64,000 nt of DNA. Origin: Scenedesmus sp. PABB004 (Eukaryota). The DNA lies in the NCBI GenBank assembly GCA_014905635.1, contig JABVCE010000030.1, forward strand, positions 310,001 through 374,000. The letters run 5' to 3'. Positions 47,045-58,591 of this stretch are shown here, piece after piece (the first letter of the stretch is position 1; every line of letters begins with the position of its first letter). The notes under the pieces are model-generated. The model ran no database searches, was not told where the DNA came from, and was given only the letters and a program-made list of their open reading frames with translations. The position numbers and the translations under genes were made by a program.

Positions 47045-47567
47045 GGGGTGGGCGGCGACGTATGTGACCGCGCGACGGGAACGTGGGGCGGGCTGCAGCG
47101 CGGCGGCGCGCCGCGGCAGCGCGGCGCGGCTCGGCTGCAGCGGCCCGCCCCGCCGCGCGCGTGCCACCGTCGGCGCCGGACAGACACACTCGGCGAACGC
47201 GGCACACGCCACCCCGCCTCGGCGCCCGGCGCGGCGCACCCAAAAGCGTCACGCCAAGCGTGTGAGCTGCGCGCGCCTCATATGCCGCTGCCCCGCTGCA
47301 GCGCTCGGCGCCAGCATCCTTCCTCCACCCCCTCCACCCCCTCCCCGCCCCTCCACGCGCCCACACACACCCGAGGCACCCTCGCGCACCTCGCCCTCCG
47401 CGCCCGCTGCCCCGAGCACGCCCCGGCTCCCGCCACTCTCCACACTCTCCACTCCGCATCGCCTCGACCCCTCGCCGCGCCTCGCGGGCCGCTCGCCGCG
47501 GAGCGCCAGCAGCAGCTCGGCTCGCCAGCAGCTCGGCTCGGCCGCGGCCCTCCAGCGCGGCCGCGCC

Positions 47568-48168
47568 ATGGACGCCTACGCCGCCTACGGCAGCGCGCCA
47601 GGCAAGGCACCCTCGTCCATGCCACGCATCCACCGGGCCGCATACGAAGGCACGCGGCGCCGCGGCGGCAGCAGCGGCGGCACTGGCGCGCGCCGCGGCC
47701 ACGCCGCCAGGCCGCGGAACGGCCACGGCGTGCATTGCTTCTCTCACACTCCCGCCTAACGCCCCGCGGCGCCGCGCCGCCCGCGCAGGCGACCTGTACG
47801 CGCTGCGCGCCGCGCTGCACGACGGCGAGGACGTCAACGCCAGCGTGGACCTGCCCAACGCGGCGGGGCACACCGTGCACGGCGTGACCCCCCTGTACCT
47901 CGCCGCGCAGGCGGGGCACCGCGCCGCGTGCGAGCTGCTCGTCGCGGCGGGCGCCGACGTGCTGCGCACGTGCGCGGTCCCGGCGTCGGGCGACGCGTTT
48001 GGGCCGGCCGACATTGCGCTCGTGCACTTTCACGTCCGCACGTGGGCGCTGCTCGCGGCCGCGCGGCGCGCCGCGGGCCAGCGCGCCGCGGGCCGCGCGT
48101 CGGCGGCGCGGCGCTTCGGCGGCGCCGCGGCCGCGCCGCTGATGGAGCACGCGCACCTCGTCATCTGA
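47568..48168 (+). CDS. Small ankyrin-repeat protein; 2 exons (GC-AG intron)
   Basis: IHRAAYEG|DLYALRAALHDGEDVN...GVTPLYLAAQAGHRAACELLVAAGADV. Confidence 0.85.
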
Positions 48169-48443
48169 CGAGGTCGTCGGACGGCCACGCATCGCTTCAT
48201 TCCCTTCCTTCCCTTGGGCGCCACAACCCCTGATCCATCCATGGGCCAGCTGCGGACGCGCTGATCTGCGCGACGATGCCTGATCAGCGGCGCGACGCGG
48301 CACTTGCAACTCAACGTGTTGCAACTCGTCCTCGGCGCCGAACTCTCAGGCGCTCCAACTCTCAGGCGCCGCTCCCGACGCCCTGGCACACTCGCTCGCC
48401 GCCGCGCGCGGCCCGCGCGTCGCCACCTCGCGCCCTGCCGCTC

Positions 48444-49707
48444 TCACAGGTCGTTCTCGTCGCGCCACCGATAGTACTCCTCCTGCGCGAACTGCTTGCG
48501 CTCGCGGCTCACCTCCTGCTTCTCGTCACGGCGCATCCACGCGCGCTCTTTGCATCGCTCCGGCCGCCTCCACTCGTCCTGCAGCCGCCGCAGCTCCTCC
48601 GTGCCGAGCCCTGCCGCCGCGAGCGCCGCGCGCACGGCGGCGACGCCCCGCGGCTGTGCGCGCGCGCACGGCGGCGGCGGCCTCAGCGCCCGGCGGTGGC
48701 GGCGACGCGCGCGCTCGCTGCCGCGCGCCCAGCGCACCTGCGCGGCGCGCACCGCGGCCGTGGCCGGGTGCTGGTCCCAGTTGAGCGTCCTCTCGGCCCC
48801 CCACGAGCCTGGTGCCTTCTGCTGCAGCCCACGTGAAGTAGACTATGTCCCTGTCCGCCTCCAGGCGCACGAGCTCCTCCGGGCCGCTCATCGCCCCGTC
48901 CCAGCCGAGCGCGTCGGCGAGCAGCGACCGCGGGCGGCGGCGGCCGCGGCGGGCCACGTCCCACGCGTCGACCACGCCGCGCTCGAGCGCCAGCGCGCGC
49001 GCGAGCGGCGCCGGCACGCGCGCGGGGCCGCTCAGCGAGAACGCGGCCAGCAGGCGCGCCGCCGTCTCGGCCTTGCTGCCGGACGCCTGCGGCGCCAGCC
49101 GGGGCGGTGGTGGCCGCTCTGCCGCGCCATGGCGCGCGTGCGTGCGCTCGGCAGCGCGCGCGCGCGCGCCCGCGCCCGCGCGCACCGCGAGGCCCAGCTC
49201 CGACACCGCGGCTGCCAGCTGGTCGTCGTCCAGCGCCGCCGGCTCGCTCACGACGTGTTGCCAGAAGCTCCAGCCGCGCTCGCCCGGCAGCGCCTGCAGG
49301 CGCGCCACCACGCCCGACCAGGCGCCGGCCGAGGCGAGCTTGCGGCCCTGCGCAAGCGTGTGCTGCTGGCCTGGCTCTAGGCGCAGCAGCTCCAGGTCTG
49401 CCGCCGCCGCGGCGAGGGCCGCCAACGCTGGCGGCAGGGCGCCGCGCAGGGCCTGGCACGCCTGCAGGCGGCGGCGGGCGGAGCGTGAGCGCGGTCGGGC
49501 AGCGTCGCGGGCGGCCAGCAGCGGCGCGCGCCGGCGCCGCACCAGCGCCGCGTTGGCGCAGCCGCGGGCCACGAGGCTCGGGCCCCGCACGCCGCCCGGC
49601 TCGAGCGTGCGCGCTAGCTGGAGCAGCACCCCCGCCATGCACGCCGGCGGCAGCGCGGGGAGGCCGGGCGCCTCGCCGTCGCCGTGCGCTGCGCGCTGCG
49701 GCTCCAT
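48444..49707 (-). CDS. Chlorophyte F-box-like / SAP-like domain protein; possible frameshift at ~48829
   Basis: LPALPPACMAGVLLQLA...GGVRGPSLVARGCANAAL|ACQALR is F-box-like. LDDDQLAAAVSELGL|ASGSKAETAARLL is SAP-like. The final exon ends EQ...YYRWRDENDL*. Confidence 0.55.
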
Positions 49708-50139
49708 GCGCGCCGGCTACGCAGGTGGCGTGCGGGGCGGTCCAGGCGTCCCGGGAGTGCGGGGCGCGAGGGGAGCCGGGCCTCCGGGCCGCGCGGCGCG
49801 GCGCGGCGCGCTGCTGCTGCTGCTGCTGCTGCGGGCGCACGCGACCAGCGAGCGAGCGGCGGTGCGCCGGAGTGCACGTGCCGGGAGGCCGGTGGGCCAG
49901 GACGCACGTTGGTGGACTTTGTGCGAGCTGCGAGTCGTCACTCCGCACTCGACCTGAGTCACCCGCCGCACCACGGGGTCGACCGCGTGACCATCGTGGT
50001 CATCACGCCTCTCCGCCGTCGCGCATCGCGCAGCTCCGCTCCCGCGCCCTTCACTTCGCCTGCGAGCCCCCCGTCGCTCTCGCGTGCTCTACCGCAGCTG
50101 TCCTGCCGCCAGCGCGCCGTGCCAGCCCCCTGCCCCGCG

Positions 50140-51069
50140 ATGGCTTCCGCAGTCGCCGCCCGGGCCCCCTGCCCGCACGCAGCAGCCGGTGCGGGGCGCA
50201 AGCTGACGGCGGCAGTGGCCCGCGCCGGCCCCCGGCTGGCCGTGCGGCGGCATCTCCACGTCGGCGCCCGTGCCGCCGCGGCCGCAGAGTTTTGGCCGAT
50301 GGCCTGGAGCCTCCCCAGCCTGGAGGTGCGGTGCGGCTTGTCTAACAAGCCCTGTGAGGGCACCTCCCTGCCTCCACCGCGCCCGCCCACGCGCGCGCCG
50401 GCGGCCGCCGCCGCAGGACGCCGCCCGCGCGTGCGAGCGCGTGCCGCCGCTCAAGCCCGCGGCCGCGCCGGGCGCGGCGCTCGGCGACGTCATGAGCCGC
50501 CGCGTGATCTGCGTGACGGAGGGCATCGCGGTCGCGACGCTGGGGGGCACGTTCAAAAAGGTGTCGGGCGTCGCGGTCGTCGACGCCGAGCAGCGCCTCG
50601 TCGGCGTGCTCTCGCGCAAGGACGTCGGCAAGGGGGTGCGCGCACGCGCTGCGCGACGCGCCGCCGCGCCGCCGCGCCGCGCCGCACGCAGGCCCGCGGC
50701 CGAGCCCGCGCGCGCCAGGGCCGGTGGGCTGACGCCCCAGCCGCCCCCGGCGCCGCCGCAGGAGACCGTTCGCGAGGCGATGAGCGCGCCGCCGATCGCG
50801 TGCCGCCCCGAGGCGACCGTGCGCGGTGCGGCGGCGCGGCCGGCACCGCCGCGCGCGCGCGCGCGCGCGCTCCGCCGCTGCCCCTTCCCCGCTCGCTGCC
50901 TGACCGCCTTGCCCCGCCGCTGTGCGCACAAACCTGCCCGCCAGACGCGGCGGCGCTGATGGTCAAGCACCAGATCCACCGCATTCCCGTGGTCGACTGC
51001 CAGGCGCGCGTGCTTGGCATGGTCACGCGCACGGACCTCTTTGAGGCGGTGGTTGAGCAGGGCCAGTGA
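50140..51069 (+). CDS. CBS-domain protein (CBSX-like) with a probable transit peptide; 4 exons
   Basis: LGDVMSRRVICV...VSGVAVVDAEQRLVGVLSRKDV; VREAMSAPPIAC; DAAALMVKHQIHRIPVVD..RVLGMVTRTDLF. Confidence 0.87.
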   Translation: MASAVAARAPCPHAAAGAGRKLTAAVARAGPRLAVRRHLHVGARAAAAAEFWPMAWSLPSLEVRCGLSNKPCEGTSLPPPRPPTRAPAAAAAGRRPRVRARAAAQARGRAGRGARRRHEPPRDLRDGGHRGRDAGGHVQKGVGRRGRRRRAAPRRRALAQGRRQGGARTRCATRRRAAAPRRTQARGRARARQGRWADAPAAPGAAAGDRSRGDERAADRVPPRGDRARCGGAAGTAARARARAPPLPLPRSLPDRLAPPLCAQTCPPDAAALMVKHQIHRIPVVDCQARVLGMVTRTDLFEAVVEQGQ

Positions 51070-51127
51070 GCTGGCCCCAGGCGGCGTCGAGCGCGGTGCG
51101 TGGGGGTCTGCCGCAGCTAGTGTGAGC

Positions 51128-51132
51128 TTACA
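51128..51132 (-). terminator. TGTAA polyadenylation signal of the 51288-52250 gene
   Basis: ttaca on the + strand about 155 bp past the stop. Confidence 0.55.
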
Positions 51133-51287
51133 TTGAGGCGGGGCGGCTGCCCACGTCTGCAAGTGCCTGCCTGCAAGTCTGCAAGTCTGACGCGCCTAGG
51201 GCTCGTTCTTGCCCTGCAGTGCCGAGCCGCTCCCCAGCTGGTCAGCTGCAGCTGACGCCCAGCGCCCAGCTCCCAGCCCTCAGCCAG

Positions 51288-52250
51288 CTACCGCCGCTGC
51301 ATCTCTGCCACCATCGCCAGCACCTCTGGCGGCAGCGACGCCCACTCGTCGTCCACGTCGGCGACGGGGCTGTCGGCCGCGTCGCCGTCCACCTGCTGCG
51401 CGTGCGCCTGCGCGGCGGCGGCGGGCGCGCGCGCGCGGGGCGTGCGTCGGCGCGCGTCTGTGCAGCTGCAGGCGCGGGCCAGCTGCCGGCAGCCGCGCTG
51501 GCCACCCGCCCCTGCCTGGCCACCCGGTCCTGCGCGGGCGGACGCATGTCGCAGCCGCACCTCGAACCAGTCGCCGCGGCCCTCCTCGCTCATCTGCTGC
51601 AGCGCCGCGTCGCTGGCGTCCACCGCCGCTGCGAGCGCGGCATCCGCCGCGGCGCGCGCGGCCTGCCCCGCCGCGCGCAGCTCCGCCCGCTCCTGCGCCG
51701 ACAGCCCCACCTTGGCGCTGCCGCGGGCCGCATCCGCCAGCGCCGCCAGCGCCGCGGCCTTGTCCTGCTGCTGCTGCTCCGCGTCGACGCCGCCAAAGAC
51801 CGCCTCCACCTCTGCGCGCGCCGCCTCGGCCGCCTCGGCCGCCGCCGCGGCCGCGATGGGCGTGGCGGTATCATACTCGGCCAGGTCGGCCGAGTCCAGC
51901 GGCCGGCTCATGACCTCGACAAGCGGCGCCGCCGGCGCCTGCAGCTGCGCGCCGGCCGCGCCCCCCGCCGCGTCGCCACCGGCGGCGCCGGCGGCGATGG
52001 CGCCGCCGCCGCCCTGCTGGCCGCCGGCGCTGCCGGCGCCGCCGGCACGCTGCTTGCCGCCCTCGCCGCTCGCCGACGACGGCGCGCGGCGCCACGCGAG
52101 AGCGCCGGGGGCCGGTGCGGGGCGCGCCGCCACGGGTGCGCAGCTGCTGCCGAGCTTGAGCACCTCCTTGAAGCGGAGAAGGACGTCTGCGTGGTCGCCG
52201 ACCAGGTCATCGAAGCGGCTGAACGCCGGCTTGCTCGATTTCCCGCCCAT
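51288..52250 (-). CDS. Uncharacterised protein with an N-myristoylation-type start; 2 exons
   Basis: MGGKSSKPAFSRFDDLVGDHADVLLRFKEVLKLG...GDWFE|AQAHAQQ...DEWASLPPEVLAMVAEMQRR*. Confidence 0.6.
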   Translation of the reverse strand: MGGKSSKPAFSRFDDLVGDHADVLLRFKEVLKLGSSCAPVAARPAPAPGALAWRRAPSSASGEGGKQRAGGAGSAGGQQGGGGAIAAGAAGGDAAGGAAGAQLQAPAAPLVEVMSRPLDSADLAEYDTATPIAAAAAAEAAEAARAEVEAVFGGVDAEQQQQDKAAALAALADAARGSAKVGLSAQERAELRAAGQAARAAADAALAAAVDASDAALQQMSEEGRGDWFEVRLRHASARAGPGGQAGAGGQRGCRQLARACSCTDARRRTPRARAPAAAAQAHAQQVDGDAADSPVADVDDEWASLPPEVLAMVAEMQRR

Positions 52251-53018
52251 GGCGGCGGCCTGCGAGAGCGGCAGGCGCAGGCGGCGGGCGGCTGGCAGCG
52301 GGCGGCGGCGCGCGCGCGCGCGGCGCGCGGCTCGCTCCCAGCGCGCGTCCGCGAAACGCTGGGCTCGCCGAACTGGGGGCGAGCGAGCGCGCTGCGGCGC
52401 GCCCGGCACGCACGCTACGGGGCTGCGCGGGCTCCCGTCTCCCTGCAACGGCGCGGAGCGCGCCGGACCCTGTGCGCGCTCCCGACGACGATTCCTGTGA
52501 TCAAGCGAGAGCTCTGGACGTAAGCCTGGAGCCTGGCACGCCTGGTACGCGCCGCACCGAGGGGGTACGCGCCGCAGCAGGGCGGGAATCGCGAGTTGCT
52601 CTCGTCGCAAGGGCCCGCGACTGCTGACGGAGAGCTGCGGGGGTGGCGTGTGCGTCGAGGGGAAGCGGGCGCAGCTGCTGCTGCGGCGCCGCCCGCCGGG
52701 CTGCCGAGCGAACCTGCATGTTGCCCAGCCCTCCCCCTCAGCAGCAGAGCGTTTTGAACAACAACCAATCCCCCCATCCCATGCGAAAGGCAAAACAAAC
52801 ACAAAAAGAACACCGGCGGCTGCTGGCTTGGCGGCGGGCGCCAACGAAGCAGCCGCGCAAGTTCAGGGCGCGGCGGCGCCAAGCGGCCTCCTCCAATCGG
52901 TGCAAGCCCAGCCAGGGACCAATCCCACCAGCTAGACCACAAACTGCAGACTGCGGATGTCGGGGGCGCGCCGACGCGCGTCGGCGGCGCCCCGTCACGC
53001 GCCGGCGGGGGCGCCGGC

Positions 53019-53136
53019 TCACACGTGCGCGCCGGCGGGCGCCGCGCCGGCGGCGGCCGGCGCGGCGACGGGCAGGCGCTGCGCGTCGTCCTCCTCGTCC
53101 GCGGCAATGTGGGCCTGGTAGAAATTGAGCTGCGGA

Positions 53137-53179
<43 letters not shown>

Positions 53180-55111
53180 GTCTCGCAGTCGGGCGGGGCC
53201 CGCAGTGTGCACGCGCGCGCGGCGTGCCCCCCCCCGCACCCCGCCGCTCTGCGCCCCGCCGCCCCCTGCCGCCGCGGGCGCGCCTGTCCGAGGGAGATGA
53301 TGGCGATCGGGGTCATCCACAGCAGGGCAATGATGAAACCTCCCTGGGGCGGGGCGCCACCACCGCGGCGGCGCGGCGCCGCGCGTGCGCGGGGCTGAGC
53401 GAGCAGCACGCGCACGTCCGCCCTTGTGCCGCGCCCGCGCGCGCCCCGTGCGCCCCGCCGCCCTGCGCCCCGGCGCGGCGCGCTGCAGGCCGCGGCGCGC
53501 TGCGTGGCCCGAGGGGGGGGGGGTCGCGGCCCGCGCGCCGCGCGGGCGCCGCACCAGGATGTCGTCGATGTTGTGGCGGTGGTCGGTGTAGCGGCTGACG
53601 CCGACCCACCAAGCGATGCTGAGGACGGTGCACGCCCACACGATGAACAGCCCCTGCGCGACCTCTGTGAGCAGCCGCCACGCGGCGCCGCGGCGCGCGA
53701 GGTCCCACATGCCGCCCATGTAGTTGTACCCGCCGCGCAGGTACAGCGCGTGCACAAAGTAAAAGACCGTGTACCTGTGCGGCGCGCGGGCGGCGGCGCG
53801 CGGGGGGCGTGGCCGGGCGCGCAACGCGCGGCGCGGCGCATGCTGGTGCGGGCGCGGGGCGCGGCCGCACCAGCAGACGCTGAGCGTGTTGGAGCTGTGG
53901 CCGCTCGGGAAGGACTTGCGCCCGTCCGCGACGGCGGCCTTGTCGCTGCTGGTGCAGTCGGTGTTGGCCACGACCGCGTCGGGCGCCATGGTCTCGCCTT
54001 GCAGGCTCGGGCGGCAGCGCTCCATGAAGTCGGGCCTGCGCGGCGGCGGCGGCGGCGGCCGCTGTGCATCAGCCGGGCTGCGCCGCGCGCCGGGCCGGGC
54101 CAGGCAGCGCGGCCGCGGCGGCGCGGCGCGGCGCCGCGCCTGAAGCGGCTCGCGATGGGCTTGGTTGCCTCGGTGATGCTGAGCACGACGGCAAAGCCAA
54201 TGATCGCCCAGAACAGGACGTGCAGGAAGGCCTGGATGCTCGCCGTCAGGCTCTGCTTGCGCCACATGACGGCAAACCTGATGTGTGCAGGGGGGGGAGG
54301 CGCGGCGGCGCGGCGCGGTTGAGCGCCCTCCGGCGCGGCGCGGCGGCGCGGCGCGGGCCGCGGCGCGGGCCGGGGCCCCCCCACTCACTCGATCACCGCG
54401 GCGGTGATGATGAGGGCGACGAAGGGGTAGGCTGGCGGGCGCGGCCGGCGTCCGCGGGGCAGGGCGGGCGGCGCGTGGGCCGAGGCGAGGCCGTCAGGCG
54501 CGCAGCCAGCGAGCGAGCGAGCCAACTTTGGGCGGCGGGGGCGCCGCGCGGCGCCCCACCTGTCGCGGCGGCCATGGAGACGGTGTCCTTGGTCTGGTAG
54601 GGCAGCCGCACGGCCGCATCAAACAGGCGCAGCGGGCGGTGGTCCGGCTCCGTGCTGCGGCGCGCGGGCGCAGGCGTGGCGGCCGCGGCGCGGTCAGCCG
54701 CGGTGGCGGTGGCGGGGGGCCTTGACGCAGCTCAGAAGCAAGCAGCGAAGCGGAGCAGCTGCGCCGTCAACACCAACACCGAGCCCGCCGCAGCAGCGAC
54801 TGCGGCGGCACCCGGGTGCCGCCGGCGCGTGCGGGCGCCCAGCTCCGCCCTGCACTGCCCGGTTGCTTTCTGAGCCCCCCGGCGCACAAGTAGTGCGACA
54901 CGCCGACGATGATGCCGGCGATCAGCAGCACCAGCAGGCCGCCCCATGTCTGGTACTTGAACACGCGGCCCCACCGCACGCTGCGCCAGGTCGAGAGGTG
55001 CGCGGGCGAGCGGCGGGGTCCCACGGACGAGTGGTCAGACGCCGCGTCGATGTCGGGCGCCTTGCTGCCGGCGCTCCGCTCCGGCGCTGCTGCTGCCGCC
55101 GCCGGTGCCAT
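53019..55111 (-). CDS. PAP2-family lipid phosphate phosphatase; about 8 exons
   Basis: Catalytic motifs KPIASRFR|PDF (C1), RKSFPSGHSS (C2) and SRYTDHRHNIDDIL|GG (C3); several TM segments. Confidence 0.9.
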
Positions 55112-55499
55112 CTGCTGCTGCACGCGTCCGTGAGCCTCTGCGGGCGCGCCAAGGCCTGCCGGGTGCTCGAGGGGTGGACGGCGGGAGTGTTGGCGCGTGG
55201 TGGCGGGGCGGCTTGGCGCCAGCCGGCGGGGCAGCTGGCCGGGCGCCGCGCCGACTGAACGGTCAGCGCGTCAGCCCGAACGGCGGCCTTTTGCTGACTG
55301 CGTGGCCTGAAACGGTGTGGTCTGCTGTTCGGCTCGGCCCAGGCTCCCGGAAGCTCCTGGCCAGCGAGCCTGCCGGGCGCGCGCGAGCCAGCGCGCGGCA
55401 GTCGCGTGCTCGTTTGCCAACCGGCGCGCGCCCCGCTGCGGCCAACTTTCTCAACTGCGCAGCCTGCGCGTGCGTGTTACGCCGCGTGCGGAGCCGCCG
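54900..55499. repeat. Left arm of a ~600-bp inverted duplication (native PAP2 upstream region + most of exon 1)
   Basis: Reverse complement of 59814-60410 apart from a few substitutions and a 3-bp CAG indel. Confidence 0.95.
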
Positions 55500-55604
55500 A
55501 GAGTGCACGCGGTCGACCGCAGCCCCAGCACGCAGGTGCCTCCAGGTGCCGTCACCTCGCACACCCGCGCGGCGCGCCCTCAAGGGCGGCCCGGCGGAGT
55601 GAGC

Positions 55605-58357
55605 TCACTCCGCCGTGCCCGCCCCCGCCGCCGCCGCGGCCAGCGCGCGGCAGACCGGCTTGTGCGCGCGCCACGCGGCCGCCTGGCAGGCGCGGCTGCA
55701 AAAGCGCGCGGGCGCGGCCGACTTGACACAGCCACTGCACACGCATGACCGACCGCCCACCGCCGCCAGCTCGCTGCGCGCGCCGGCCAGCGCAGCGCAG
55801 CGCGGGTTGTTGCAACACGCGCGCAGCGGCAGCGCGGCGCACACCGCGCCGCACAGCTCCTCAGCCTGCGCGGCCAGCGCGGGGCCGCGCTCCTGCAGCG
55901 TGCTGGCGCGGGCGACTGCGGAGGCAGAGACGTCAGCCAGCTGCGCGGCCAGCTCTGCCGCCGCCGTGTCCAGCTGCTCCTGCTGCGCCAGCAGGCGCTC
56001 CAGGCCCGCGCGCGAGGCGTCCGCCGGCAGCGGCCCCAGCGCGCGCAGGCGTGGGCCCAGCAGCACCGCCGTCTCGCGCAGACTCCCCAGCACGACTGCC
56101 GCAGCCGCCACCATCTCTCCAGGCATGTCAGCGCCGGCGGAGATGCTCGCGCCAGTCATCGCACGCCCCGCCAGCGCCGCGCTGAGCAGCTGCCCAATCA
56201 CTGTCAGGCCGCGCGCCACCAGCACCCCCCACAGCGCGGGCGGCTCGTACGCGAGCTGGCCGCTTGCGGCCGCCACAGCTGCCAGCTGTGCGCGCGCCAC
56301 CGCGTCGCCAATGGCGCAGCCGGCTCGCACAGCCGCCAGGCACTCGCTCGCCAACTCGCGCAGCTCCTCAAGCGGGTCGGCCTCGGCTGCTGCAAGCGGC
56401 GCGCCGGCCGCCACACACTTGAGCGCCGTGAGCAGGCAGGCAAACACCTCACGCTGCAGCAGCAGGCCCGCGCCGCCGCCGGTTGTCAGCGCCGGCGAGG
56501 CTGCCAAGCTGGGCCCAAACCGCCCGATGGTGCCGCACAGTGTGCGGGCTGTGCTCAGGACCAACTGCGGAATGGCCCTGCCCATGAAGCTCCTGGCGGA
56601 CGCCTCCAGCAGCCGGCACAGGGTCGAGGGGTCCTGCCGCGCAAACACCGCCAGCGCCGCGTCGGCTGCGTGACGTGGACGCGGCGGTGGCGGCAGCAGC
56701 GTGAGCAAGCGCAGACAGGCTGGGCCAGTGCGCGGCGGCAGCTGTCAAAGCGAACTGCCGCAAGCGCGCCGCGCAGCCTGGGGCCCGTTGCTCAGCAACA
56801 GAAGCGAGCCGCAGCACAGGAGGGCGACCTGAGCAGTTTCGGCGTCAACCGGCTGCGCCCACGCCCCACGCTGCCCCGCCGCAGCTGACCCGCTGCCCGT
56901 GCTGCCGCCAGCATCCGGCGCCAGCAGCACGGTGGCGGTGGGCCGGGCGAGCGGCAGGAACGCGCGCACCACTGCCGCCGCCGCCTGGTCAGCGCCGTGC
57001 GCCCCAGTCCATGAGGCAGGCCGGAGGCAGCGCAGGATGGTGCCGGCGCACGCCGCGCCGGCAGCCAGCACGTGGGGCGCCGGCTGCAGCGCCGCCAGCT
57101 CCAGCGCCGCCTCCGCCGCTGCGGCCGCCAGCCCCACGCCGCCGACCGCTGGCAGGCCACTGATGCCGGGGCCGGTGCTGGCGCTGATGCAGCTGGGCAG
57201 AGGCGAGACAGCAAACATGCGGGTGACTGCATAGATGCTGGACATCAGCAGCCCCTCGTCGTGCTGGGCCGGGGGCACCGCGGAGGCGTCCAGCTCCAGC
57301 GCGCGCGGCAGCGCGGTGTGCGCCGCCGACACTGCGGCGGCGCCACCACCACCACTGCCGCCGCCGACGCCTGCCGGCCGGCCGCGCTGCGCCTCGTGGC
57401 TGTGCGCCGCGCGCAGGGCGAGGTTGGCCAGCAGCAGCTGCTGCACCGCGGGGTCAGACAGCAGCGCACGCTCCGCCTCGGCGCTCACGCGGCCGTGCTG
57501 GTAGGCCAGCACCAGGCTCTGAGCCGTCCACGAGGCTGTTGTGCGGGCCAGCGAAAATGGAGTCTGCACGAGCGCCGCGACTTCAGGGCTGCCGGCGGCG
57601 TCCGCACGCCAGGCGCCGGCGCGGCGCAGCACGGCGAGCGCCAGGCGCGCGGCCGGCTGCGCCAGCGGCAGCAGCGGGCCGTCCAGCTGGCCCTCCTGCG
57701 GCCAGACATTGCGCACAGCGCGTGCCACCAACAGCGGCGCTCCCGCTACCACACAGTCGCACACCACGTCGAGAGCCACGTCGCTGCCCTGCTGCTGCCG
57801 CCGCCGCCGCTGCCGCCGCTGCTGCTGCTGCTGCTGCTGCCGCTGCTGCTGCTGCTGGGCCTCCAGCTCAGCAGCGATGCCAGCGCACGCCAGAGCCAGC
57901 GGCGGGAGGATGCCTGCGGGCAGCGGCCTGGTCAGGGACGGGCGCACAGCAGCTGCAGGCGCAGCCCGCCGCCCGCCGGCAGCCGCTCACCCGCGCGCTC
58001 GACCTCGGCCGCCAGCTCCGCGGGCGCGCCAAAGACTGCACGAATCTCAATGCTCCGCGTCAGCACGTCCGACAGGGCATGCAGCGTTGAAGCAAAGCCC
58101 TCCGCCCGCGTCGCCGGCGCCGCCAGCAGCGCCAGCGCGCGCGCCACGGCCTGCGCGAGCCGCTGCTGCACGCCGGCGGCCAGCAGCGCGGTCAGGTCGG
58201 CGCAGGGCGAGCCGCTGGCCTCCGCGCGGTCAACCAGGCCGGCGAAATAGGCACGCAGCGGCTCCGCGGCGGCGCCCTCCGCCTCTTGCGCGTCGATGCT
58301 GCTCGCGCGCGCGCAGCGGCCCAGCCAGCCCGCCAGCGCGGCGGTCTCGGGGCACAT
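55605..58357 (-). CDS. Ala/Leu-rich helical protein with a C-terminal MYND zinc finger (type expanded in chlorophytes); 3 long exons
   Basis: C-terminus CAALPLRACCNNPRCAALAGARSELAAVGGRSCVCSGC...ARFCSRACQAAAWRAHKPVCRAL; internal polyQ. The start codon is uncertain. Confidence 0.75.
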
Positions 58358-58591
58358 GCTGCGTGGATCGCAGCCCAGCGGTGCGGGCGGCAGCTGGCCG
58401 GGGCCTGCGCGGCCGGGCGGGGCAGCTGCGGCAGGTGCAGTCTCGAGCTCCAGAAGAACCGCCGCCCGCACCTGCGCCCTGCGTCCAGTTTGCTCCCCGC
58501 CGCACGTTCACCCCGCCGCGATAGATCCCAGCCTCCCCAGGCTCCTCGCGTGCTCTCCTGAGACCGCAGTTTCGCCGCAGCAGCAGCGACC

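Noticed and set aside
25..55111. A metabolic cluster linking isoamylase/GH31 or HAD/PAP2/VTC
   Set aside because: The genes are tens of kb apart and interleaved with unrelated housekeeping genes; there is no evidence beyond chance.
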